Shown: positions 11,449 to 19,768 of the stretch, piece by piece
How the letters are laid out: every line of letters starts with the position of its first letter
Numbering within the stretch: the first letter of the stretch is position 1
Assembly (NCBI GenBank): GCA_044225365.1
Contig: JBGAIQ010000001.1
Span: 32,001-96,000, forward strand
Origin: Planctomycetota bacterium
GTDB taxonomy: Bacteria > Planctomycetota > B15-G4 > JADJEK01
Reading direction: 5' to 3'
Length of the DNA: 64,000 nt
Program-made: the position numbers and the translations under genes
Notes under the pieces: generated by a model
What the model saw: only the letters and a program-made list of their open reading frames with translations
The model's database searches: none
What the model was told of the DNA's origin: nothing

Positions 11449-12648
11449 ATGCTCACGCTGCTCGCCCTCTGCTCGGCTTTCGTCCTCGCGCCGCCGGTGT
11501 ACACCGTGCGGGCGATCGGACTCGAACCCCTGGCGGCGTCGAATCTCGAACTCGACATCGCGAGTCGAACCCTGCGGCTCGTCCTCGAATCGGGGACGCG
11601 TGAGATCCCGCTCGCGGACCTGATCCGGATCGATGTCGCCGGCAGCGCCTCGGTGTTCGACGCGGATTGCGACGTCTTGCTCGCCGACGGATCGCGCTTC
11701 CTCGCGCGGCTCGCCGATGGGGTCGAGGACTCCCTGGCAATCGAGACGCCGGCGTTCGGTCGTAGCGCGATCGCACTCGAGCACGTGCGATCGGTCGCGT
11801 TCGGCGATGCGAGCCTTCGTCCCGACCCCACGCGCTGGCCGCCCCTCGCGGAGGACTCGGCGCTGCGACGTGGCAAGGGCGAGGGCGACAAGGTGGTGGG
11901 AACCCTCACCAAGATCGGGCGTGATGGCGTCGACATCGCGAGCGACATCGGCGCGATCCATCTCAAGGTGACCGATCTCCTCGGTGCGAGCATCGGCGTG
12001 GATCCAAAAGATGCAGCGAAGGCGAGTGCGGTCGCAGGCGGCATCGACGTCGATCTGCGCGACGGAGGATCGCTGCACGCCGAACTCCTCGCGATGCACG
12101 CCGGTGCGATCGCTGTGAAGACGGTGTTCTCGCCCACGCTCGATCTGCCGTTCTCCCACGTCGAACGAATTCGGTTCCACAGCGAGCGTTTCACCTGGCT
12201 CTCCGACCTCGAACCCGCGACGGTGGAGGAGATGCCCTACCTCGGTGGCGCCGACGACTTCATCTTTCACTGGCGCAAGGACCGCAGCGTGACGGGCGAG
12301 CCGCTCGCGGTCGGCGGAGTTCGCTACGGCAAGGGGATCGGAGCGCATTCGCGCACGCGTCTCACCTACGCGCTCGATGGGAAGTTCACGTCGTTCGAAG
12401 CCGCCGCGGGGATCTGCGACGAGGTCACCGCACTTCGCGTGAACGGCTCGGTGGTGGTGCGCGTCCGAGTCGACGACCAGCCGGTCTTCGAGAGCCCGCT
12501 GCTGCGCGGCGGAGACAAGGCATTCCCCATTCCCCGCGTCGATCTGAAGGGCAAGAAGACGCTTCTCGTCGAGTTCGATTTCGGAGATCAGGGCGACGCG
12601 GGCGATCGTGCGGCCCTCGTCGATCCGCTTCTCACTCGATCTCCGTGA
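11449..12648 (+). CDS. Secreted NPCBM/NEW2 domain protein
   Basis: Signal peptide MLTLLALCSAFVLA; C-terminal WLSDLEP...YGKGIGAHSRTRLTYALDGKF...GSVVVRVRVD NPCBM signature. Confidence 0.85.
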   Translation: MLTLLALCSAFVLAPPVYTVRAIGLEPLAASNLELDIASRTLRLVLESGTREIPLADLIRIDVAGSASVFDADCDVLLADGSRFLARLADGVEDSLAIETPAFGRSAIALEHVRSVAFGDASLRPDPTRWPPLAEDSALRRGKGEGDKVVGTLTKIGRDGVDIASDIGAIHLKVTDLLGASIGVDPKDAAKASAVAGGIDVDLRDGGSLHAELLAMHAGAIAVKTVFSPTLDLPFSHVERIRFHSERFTWLSDLEPATVEEMPYLGGADDFIFHWRKDRSVTGEPLAVGGVRYGKGIGAHSRTRLTYALDGKFTSFEAAAGICDEVTALRVNGSVVVRVRVDDQPVFESPLLRGGDKAFPIPRVDLKGKKTLLVEFDFGDQGDAGDRAALVDPLLTRSP

Positions 12649-12753
12649 GATCGGGAAGACCGCCCGCCGACCGTCCACGGATCGATTCGGCCCGCGACGA
12701 GCGGATCCCTGTCACCGGCCGCCGTTCGATGCGTTGTGTCGTCGGAGGTCGAG

Positions 12754-13470
12754 ATGAACGACGAACACGGAACGGACGAAGAGAAGGATCTCGATTCGCG
12801 GCCGCGTGAGCGGCTCGTGGAACGAGGCGTGGGCGCGCTCGGCGCGAACGAACTGCTCGCCTTGGTGCTGGGCACCGGCAGCCTCGGTGAGGATGCCGTG
12901 ACCCTCGCATCGCGCCTCTTGGCGCGCGGCGGATTGCGCGGGCTCGCTCGGCGGTCGGCCCACGAACTCGCGCGCGAGCGCGGCATAGGACCGGCGCGCG
13001 CGGCGCGACTCGTCGCGGCGTGCGAGATCGGGCGCAGACTTGCCCAGTCCACCGCCATGCGGGGCACGCCGTTGCGAGGAGGTGGAGACGTGTATCGCCT
13101 CCTGGCGCCGACTCTGCGCGATCTGCGAAAGGAAGTGTTCGTCGCGCTCCTGCTCGACGGCAAGCATCGCCTTCTCCGCGAGGAGCGTGTCTCGGAGGGA
13201 TCGCTCACTTCCGCGATCGTGCATCCGCGCGAAGTGTTCGGCCCCGCGATCCGCGAGTCCGCGGCCGCCGTGATCGTCGCTCACAATCATCCCTCGGGCG
13301 ATCCGTCGCCGAGTCGCGAGGACATCGCCGTGACCGAGCGCCTCATCGAGGTGGGCCAACTCGTCGGAGTCGAGTTGATCGATCACGTGGTGATTGGCGA
13401 TCCCGGCTACGTGTCGCTGCGCGAGCGCGGCTGCTTCCAGCGCGAGCTCGACACCGCCCGCCGTTCGTGA
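12754..13470 (+). CDS. radC: RadC-family JAB domain protein (UPF0758)
   Basis: RPRERL, ELLALVLGTG, HhH GIGPA, VHPREVF, AHNHPSGDPSPS, DHVVIG. Confidence 0.95.
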   Translation: MNDEHGTDEEKDLDSRPRERLVERGVGALGANELLALVLGTGSLGEDAVTLASRLLARGGLRGLARRSAHELARERGIGPARAARLVAACEIGRRLAQSTAMRGTPLRGGGDVYRLLAPTLRDLRKEVFVALLLDGKHRLLREERVSEGSLTSAIVHPREVFGPAIRESAAAVIVAHNHPSGDPSPSREDIAVTERLIEVGQLVGVELIDHVVIGDPGYVSLRERGCFQRELDTARRS

Positions 13471-13480
13471 TCATCGCCGA

Positions 13481-14785
13481 TCAGTGCTTGCCCGTGCGAT
13501 CGCGAAGGAACGTGTCGCTCACGCCATTGGCGTCCCCTGCGGCGAGGTTCGTCGCGAAGGACGAGAACAGGACGAAGCGGCCGTTGTTCGAGATCGCGTT
13601 GGGGAACGAATCGCCGTCGCCAGGCGTCTTCGAGTCGTCGATCGAGACGAGCGAAGTCGTTCCCTTCTTCAGATCCCGCACGTAGGTCTGGTTGCCGGTG
13701 GCTTGAGCGGAGAAGTTGGTGGCAGGAGTCTGGAACACGACGTAGCGCGCGTTCCCGCTGATTCGTGGCAGGTCGCAGTAGGCGTTGGCTTCTACTCCTT
13801 GTGGACCGAGCGATGCGCGCACCGTCGTGTGGTGCTTGCGATCGTGGACGAAGACGTCGGCGACGGCGTTCGTGTCGTTCGGGACGAGGTTCGTCGCGTA
13901 GGAGCGGAATGCGACGAAGCGACCGTTCGCGCTGAGCGAGGGTTGCAGGCTGATGTCGTCGCTCTGAACGCCGATACTGCTGATCGAGACGCGATCGACT
14001 GCGCCCGTGATGCGATCCTTCACGAAGACGTCCACGAGGCCGTTCGTGTCCGCGGCGACGAGATTCGTCGCGTCGGACACGAACGTCACGTAGCGCCCGT
14101 CGGAAGAGATCTCGGCGCCGTAGCTGTGTCCGTTCGATTCGACGCCGGCGGCATCGACGCTCATGCGCGACGTCACTCCGGTCGTGAGATCGCGGAGGAA
14201 GACATCGACTTTGCCGTTCGTGTCCCCAACGATCACGTTCGTCGCCGCGCTCGAGAACAGAACGAAGCGACCATTGCCCGAGATGGCGCAGTCCCACGCC
14301 GCCCCGTCGGCGTCGCCGCCACCCGGATTGCCGCTTACTTTCGTCGTCGTATTCATGTCGAGGTCGCGAACGAAGACGTCGACGGCCTGATTGAGGTCTC
14401 CTGAAGACAGGTTCGTCGCGCCCGACAAGAAGGCGATGACCTTTCCATCGTTGGAGCAGCTCGGGTTCGAGCAGCCGGCGTTGGCGGGACCGGAGTCGAA
14501 CGGGCTCACCGAGACGAATCGCGTCAACGACGCCTTCATGTCGCGCACGAAGACCTGATCGAATCCGTTCGCGGCGCCGCCGTCGAATTCGGCGCCCGGC
14601 GAGGTGAATACGGTGTAACGCCCGTTCTTCGAGACGTCGCCGCCCCAGCTCGGATTCGTCGCCATCGTTCCGGAGAAGCTCTCCGAGACGAGACGTGTGC
14701 TGCCGGCGAGTACGAGATGCGGGGTGCTGAATGCAATGACGAAGGCAACTCGCAAGGAGGTCGTGCGAGTGAGGCGATGCAACAT
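13481..14785 (-). CDS. Secreted TolB-like/WD40-type beta-propeller repeat protein
   Basis: About six repeats of ISxxGRxVxFxSxATNLxxxDxNxxxDVFxRD; signal-peptide-like N-terminus. Confidence 0.85.
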   Translation of the reverse strand: MLHRLTRTTSLRVAFVIAFSTPHLVLAGSTRLVSESFSGTMATNPSWGGDVSKNGRYTVFTSPGAEFDGGAANGFDQVFVRDMKASLTRFVSVSPFDSGPANAGCSNPSCSNDGKVIAFLSGATNLSSGDLNQAVDVFVRDLDMNTTTKVSGNPGGGDADGAAWDCAISGNGRFVLFSSAATNVIVGDTNGKVDVFLRDLTTGVTSRMSVDAAGVESNGHSYGAEISSDGRYVTFVSDATNLVAADTNGLVDVFVKDRITGAVDRVSISSIGVQSDDISLQPSLSANGRFVAFRSYATNLVPNDTNAVADVFVHDRKHHTTVRASLGPQGVEANAYCDLPRISGNARYVVFQTPATNFSAQATGNQTYVRDLKKGTTSLVSIDDSKTPGDGDSFPNAISNNGRFVLFSSFATNLAAGDANGVSDTFLRDRTGKH

Positions 14786-14989
14786 GGGAGTGCTCGAATT
14801 CTCTTCGGGATCGGATGGAGCGCACGCATGCCCCTTGCGCGCTCGGACTCCAGGCCTCCTATCGACGGACCTTCTTGCTTTCTTGATGACGGACTTTCGA
14901 CGCCGGCGAATTCGCCGCGCGCGGTAGATTCGCGGCCCGACGCCGGAACGAATCGACGAACGATTCGATGCTCGTGTGGAGCCTGGTCG

Positions 14990-16276
14990 ATGGCAGGGAA
15001 AGAGCGCCAAGCCGAACTGCCCGCGGAGCCCATCGAACGCGGAGGAGGTCCACTCGGACGGGCCGCATGGCTCGCGCTCCTCGCGGCATTCCTGGGCTGG
15101 CTCTTCGACGGATTCGAGATGGGGCTCTTTCCGCTCGTCGCTCGCCCGGCGTTGCGGAGTCTCCTCGCGTCTTCGGGAGCCGGCGACGAAGTGGTCTCGG
15201 AGTGGATCGGGATCATCACCGCAGCGTTCCTGCTCGGCGCCGCGAGCGGGGGGATCGTCTTCGGCTGGCTCGGGGATCGGGTGGGGCGGGTGCGCGCGAT
15301 GTCGCTCAGCATCCTCACCTATTCGCTCTTCACCGGTCTCACTTACTTCGCGAACGAGCCCTGGCAGCTCGGAGCGCTGCGATTCGTGGCGGCGCTCGGC
15401 ATGGGCGGCGAATGGTCGCTCGGCGTCGCGCTCGTCATGGAGGTGTGGGGCGAGCGGCATCGTCCTCTGCTCGCCGGAGCCATCGGCGCTGCGGCGAATC
15501 TCGGGTTCCTGCTCGTCGGCAGCGTCGGGAAGTGGTTGCCGATCACGATCGATTCCTGGCGCTGGATCATGCTGGTCGGCGCACTGCCGGCCCTGCTCGT
15601 GTTCCTGATCCGACTCGGGGTGAAGGAATCGGAGCGCTGGCGCGAGGCGAGTCGTTCTGCGCCGACGCGACCTCTCGCCGAAGTGTTCGGCGCCGCGCTG
15701 CGCGGCCGGACGTTCGTCGCGATCGGACTCGCGTCCGTCGTGCTCATCGGCACCTGGGCCGCAGTGACGTGGATCCCCTCGTGGGTCGACCGGCTGAGCG
15801 GCGGGAAGGATCCCGGCGCGAAGGCGACGGCGGTCCAGGCCTACGGCATCGGTGCGACTCTCGGCAGTTTCCTCGGTCCTTTGCTCACGTTCCTCGGTCG
15901 CCGCGCGCAGTACGCACTCTTCTGCGTGCTGTCGACGATCGCGTGCGCGATCCAGTTCCGGTTCCTGCACGAGTGGAACTCGATGTTCGTGGTCATGATC
16001 GGCGTGACCGGTGCGACGACCGCAGCGTTCTACGGATTCCTTCCGCTCTATCTCCCCGAGTTGTTCCCGACGCGGGCGCGCGCGACGGGCCAAGGCGTCG
16101 CGTTCAACTTCGGACGGGTCTTCGCGGCCGGCTTCGCCCTTCTCGGCGGGCAGATCGCGAAGGCGTTCGACGGGGATCTCGCACGAGCGGGCGGGATGGT
16201 GACTCTCGTGTATCTGCTTGGACTCGTGCTCGTCCTTTTCGCGCCCGAAACCCGCGGCGAGAGGTTGCCCTCGTGA
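14990..16276 (+). CDS. MFS transporter (sialate/aromatic acid-like subfamily)
   Basis: LGWLFDGFE, motif A GWLGDRVGR, GMGGEW, PELFPTRARATG, PETRG; about 12 TM helices. Confidence 0.92.
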   Translation: MAGKERQAELPAEPIERGGGPLGRAAWLALLAAFLGWLFDGFEMGLFPLVARPALRSLLASSGAGDEVVSEWIGIITAAFLLGAASGGIVFGWLGDRVGRVRAMSLSILTYSLFTGLTYFANEPWQLGALRFVAALGMGGEWSLGVALVMEVWGERHRPLLAGAIGAAANLGFLLVGSVGKWLPITIDSWRWIMLVGALPALLVFLIRLGVKESERWREASRSAPTRPLAEVFGAALRGRTFVAIGLASVVLIGTWAAVTWIPSWVDRLSGGKDPGAKATAVQAYGIGATLGSFLGPLLTFLGRRAQYALFCVLSTIACAIQFRFLHEWNSMFVVMIGVTGATTAAFYGFLPLYLPELFPTRARATGQGVAFNFGRVFAAGFALLGGQIAKAFDGDLARAGGMVTLVYLLGLVLVLFAPETRGERLPS

Positions 16277-16439
16277 ACGGCGCGCGAAGCGAAGACGGGA
16301 ACCGCTTCACTTCGCCGGGAGGGAAGGCTAAAACCATACGTTTCGAACCCCGCTGCGAAGTGGGGCGTGCGGGGCGATGCTCGCCTCGTCCCGTCGGCAA
16401 CGGCCGCGCGAAACGAATCCACGCTCCGGAGTGCCCGGT

Positions 16440-17198
16440 TTGATCGCCTTCATTTCCGATCTTCACTCCAACATGGAGGCGATCCGCGCGGTCCTCGATC
16501 ACATCGCCGCGCAGAAGATCCAGCGGATCATCTGCCTTGGCGACGTGATCGGTTACGGACCGGAGCCGGTCGCCGCGCTGCGACTCGTCAAGGAGTGGGA
16601 AGCGTGTCTGCGTGGCAACCACGAAGAAGCGCTGCTCTACATCGCCGAGGACTTCAACGAGAAGGCGCGCGCCGCCCTCGACTGGACCCGCGATCGTTTG
16701 AACGACGAGTCGTTGCCGCGCGACGAACGCTACGGCTTCTGGTCGATCATCGCCGACGTGATGCGCGAGACGATTCGACTCGAGGACGCGCTCCTGGTGC
16801 ACGGATCGCCACGCGATCCGATTCGCGAGTACATGCTGCCGCGCGACGTCCAGAACCCGACGAAGATGAAGCAAGTCTTCGACAAGATGGATCGGCCGAT
16901 GTGCTTCGTGGGTCACAGTCACGTGCCCGGCGTCTACGCCGAATCCGGTGGTTTCATCTCGCCGACGCAGATGGAAGGCCAGGCGTATCGCGTTGCGAAG
17001 GGTCAGAAGCACCTCGTGAACGTCGGGTCGGTCGGACAACCGCGCGATGGCGACAATCGCGCGTGCTACGCGACGTGGGACGGCGAGACGGTTCGATTCC
17101 ACCGCGTCGAGTACGACTACGCGACCACCATGAAGAAGATCTACGAGTCCGGCGGACTCCCGCGATACCTCGCGGACCGATTGAAGGTTGGCCGTTGA
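16440..17198 (+). CDS. Metallophosphoesterase (calcineurin-like; YfcE/PrpA type)
   Basis: ISDLHSN, LGDVIGYG, GNHE, HGSP, GHSH, NVGSVGQPRDG; start could be TTG 16440 or GTG 16431. Confidence 0.9.
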   Translation: MIAFISDLHSNMEAIRAVLDHIAAQKIQRIICLGDVIGYGPEPVAALRLVKEWEACLRGNHEEALLYIAEDFNEKARAALDWTRDRLNDESLPRDERYGFWSIIADVMRETIRLEDALLVHGSPRDPIREYMLPRDVQNPTKMKQVFDKMDRPMCFVGHSHVPGVYAESGGFISPTQMEGQAYRVAKGQKHLVNVGSVGQPRDGDNRACYATWDGETVRFHRVEYDYATTMKKIYESGGLPRYLADRLKVGR

Positions 17199-17261
17199 TC
17201 TCGCGTAGATCGCAGCCATCCCGGACCGAACCGACGACGACAACCAACCGACAGGCCCCAC

Positions 17262-19094
17262 GTGGATAACCAGCGCGTACGACTGACGCTGCTCGTAGCA
17301 TTCATCTTCACGATCATGTTCTTCTGGGCGACGAACAAGGATCGGCCGCCCGTTCCCCCCGTGACCAAGGATCCGAGCGCGCCGCAGGCGAACACGTCTT
17401 CGGGGAGCGGCGGTTCGGGGACGAGCGCGAGTAGTCCTGCGTCCGCGAGCAATTCGAACCCCGCGCCGGCGGTTCCCGCGAAGTTCGAGGTCACGGCCGT
17501 TCCGGAAGTGCCGGTGCTCCCGCTCGAGAACGAGTTCCTCCGCGTCGAACTGTCGGCCATCGGCGGGTCGATTCGCCAGGTCAGTCTGAAGAAGTTCTAC
17601 GAGACGCCGCCGCCCCGCGGCGCGCGGCCGGAGGACATCGACCCCGCGCTGCTCGTCCAACTCCTGCCGACGACTCCGAAGGCGATCGCGCCGACGCTGG
17701 CGTTCGCGGAGCATGGCGCCTCCGACGCCGAGAACCAATTGCTCGCGACGAAGCCGTGGACCGTTTCGGAGGAGCGCTCGGACGCGGGCGACCGCACCGT
17801 CGTCTTTGGATTTCGCACGGCCGACGGCATCGAGATCGAGAAGCGACTCACCCTGAAGAAGGACAGCTACGCGCTCGACATCGAACTGCGCACCAAGAAG
17901 GTCGATCCGACCTTGCCCGCGGCGAAGATCTTTCGCATCCGAATCGGCTCGGGCGTGAAGGACACGCATCGTGGGCAGTTGTCCCAGGATCCTTCGTGCG
18001 TCGCCATGCAGGACGACGGTCGCGGCGAGATCGCGGTCACCGTGAAGCACGCGAAGGACCTCGGGACGGCGATGGTGACGCTCGAGCGTCAGGGCGAGGC
18101 TCGACTGCCTTTCGCGGGCGTTGCGAACCACTATTTCGCCCTGCTCCTCACTCCCGCCGACGATGCCGCCGATCAACGCACCGTCGGCACGAATCTCTCG
18201 ACGTTCGACGCCAAGGATCCGGAAGCCGTGACGACCGAAGTCGCGGTCTCGATGCCGCTCGACGAGAGTTCAGCGCAACGGACGCATCTCCGGCTCTACG
18301 CCGGCCCCAAGGATCCGCGCCTCCTCGAGGCGCAGGGTCTGCCGCGACTCGTGCATCTCGTCGAGGAGGACTACGGGAGCTGGAAGAGCCTGCGCTGGGT
18401 CAACAAGGCGTTGCTCGGTGGCCTGCGCTTCTTCCACGGCCTCGTCGGCAACTGGGGCGTCGCGATCATGCTGCTCACGCTCCTGATCCGCGCCATCGTG
18501 TTCCCGATCACTCGCGCCCAACAGGTGAGCATGGCGCGCTACAGCGCGAAGATGGCGGTGCTGAAGCCCAAGCTCGATCGCCTCAAGGCCGAGATGGGGG
18601 ACAACCCGCAGAAGTTCGCTCAAGAGCAGATGAAGCTGCTGCGCGAGCACCAAGCGACACCGCCGCTCTTCGGCTGTCTCTCGAGCTTCATCACATTGCC
18701 GGTCTTCGTCGGGATGTGGCAGAGTCTGCGCAGCGCGATCGAGGTTCGGCAGGCCGAATTCGTCGGTTGGATCCACGACCTCTCCCTGCCCGACGCGCTC
18801 ATGACGATCGGCACGATCCACATCAACGTGCTCCCGATCCTCGCCACGTCCGCCTTCGTGCTGCAGGTCGCAATGCAACCGAAGCCCGCCGATCCACAGG
18901 CCGCTCAGCAGCAGAAGATGATGATGGTGATGCCGATCATCTTCGGTGTGGTCTTCTACAACTACGCAGCCGGCCTCTCGCTCTACTCCCTCACCTCGAG
19001 CAGCCTCTCGATCTTCGAGTCGAAGGTGATCCGGAAGAAGTGGCCGGTGCCTACGGCGGCTTCGTTCCAAGCTGTTCCCGTGAAGAAGAAGTAG
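17262..19094 (+). CDS. yidC: Membrane protein insertase YidC
   Basis: N-terminal TM, large periplasmic domain (LYAGPK), GNWGVAIMLLT, GCL, WIHDLSLPD, GLSLY. Confidence 0.95.
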   Translation: MDNQRVRLTLLVAFIFTIMFFWATNKDRPPVPPVTKDPSAPQANTSSGSGGSGTSASSPASASNSNPAPAVPAKFEVTAVPEVPVLPLENEFLRVELSAIGGSIRQVSLKKFYETPPPRGARPEDIDPALLVQLLPTTPKAIAPTLAFAEHGASDAENQLLATKPWTVSEERSDAGDRTVVFGFRTADGIEIEKRLTLKKDSYALDIELRTKKVDPTLPAAKIFRIRIGSGVKDTHRGQLSQDPSCVAMQDDGRGEIAVTVKHAKDLGTAMVTLERQGEARLPFAGVANHYFALLLTPADDAADQRTVGTNLSTFDAKDPEAVTTEVAVSMPLDESSAQRTHLRLYAGPKDPRLLEAQGLPRLVHLVEEDYGSWKSLRWVNKALLGGLRFFHGLVGNWGVAIMLLTLLIRAIVFPITRAQQVSMARYSAKMAVLKPKLDRLKAEMGDNPQKFAQEQMKLLREHQATPPLFGCLSSFITLPVFVGMWQSLRSAIEVRQAEFVGWIHDLSLPDALMTIGTIHINVLPILATSAFVLQVAMQPKPADPQAAQQQKMMMVMPIIFGVVFYNYAAGLSLYSLTSSSLSIFESKVIRKKWPVPTAASFQAVPVKKK

Positions 19095-19102
19095 CTCGCG
19101 GG

Positions 19103-19150
19103 CTCCAACATTTTGCGTCCCCTCTATCATCGTCCCACAACCGGTGGTAG
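19103..19150 (+). promoter_or_regulatory. Tandem NrdR-box-like operators flanking a TATCAT -10 element
   Basis: ctcCAAcATtTTGcgt (19103-19118) and ccaCAAccggTGGtag (19135-19150), 32 bp start-to-start, versus consensus acaCwAtATaTwGtgt; TATCAT at 19125-19130; directly upstream of nrdR; second box is degenerate. Confidence 0.6.
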
Positions 19151-19291
19151 AACCAGCCAACGCGGCGGACGGAGCATGGATTTGGAGCGGTTGCGGTACT
19201 TCGGGCGGTGAAAGCCTGGTGGCGCAAGGGGTTCCAAGCGGCGTCCGGTGCGCCCGTCGCGACTTCGCATCCCCTGAACCCACGGCATCGC

Positions 19292-19768
19292 ATGCGCTGC
19301 CCATTCTGCTCCGCGAACAACGATCGTGTCATCGACTCGCGAACGTCGGGAGACGCGTTCGTGATTCGTCGCCGACGTGAGTGCATTCAATGTGCGAAGC
19401 GGTTCACGACCTACGAGAAGGTCGAGGAGCCCACACTGCACGTGATCAAGAAGGACGGATCGCGGGTCCCCTTCGATCGCGCCAAGATCATGAACGGCCT
19501 GCTCAAGGCCTGCGAGAAGCGTCCGGTCTCGGTCGATCGGCTCGAAGAAGTCGTGAACCGGATCGAGGCGCAGCTCAACGAGTCGTTCGACAAGGAAGTG
19601 TCTTGTCGGTTCGTCGGCCAGCTCGTGATGAACGCGTTGAAGGAGATCGACGAAGTCGCGTACGTGCGCTTTGCGTCGGTCTACCGCGAGTTCAAGGACA
19701 TCGAGGAGTTCATGCACGAACTCCAACCCCTGCTCGATGCGCGGAGGCTCCCGATCCGTGATTCGTAG
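19292..19768 (+). CDS. nrdR: Transcriptional repressor NrdR
   Basis: MRCPFC, VIDSR, IRRRRECxxCxxRFTTYE, ATP-cone, VAYVRFASVYREF. Confidence 0.98.
   Translation: MRCPFCSANNDRVIDSRTSGDAFVIRRRRECIQCAKRFTTYEKVEEPTLHVIKKDGSRVPFDRAKIMNGLLKACEKRPVSVDRLEEVVNRIEAQLNESFDKEVSCRFVGQLVMNALKEIDEVAYVRFASVYREFKDIEEFMHELQPLLDARRLPIRDS

Noticed and set aside
12754-13470. radC as a mobile-element marker
   Set aside because: Full-length chromosomal type with N-terminal HhH; no mobile genes nearby
13481-14700. Recurring DNA motifs about every 165-200 bp
   Set aside because: Explained by beta-propeller protein repeats
14786-16093. N-terminal extension making the propeller protein 870 aa
   Set aside because: The extension is the antisense shadow of the MFS gene; the real start is near 14785
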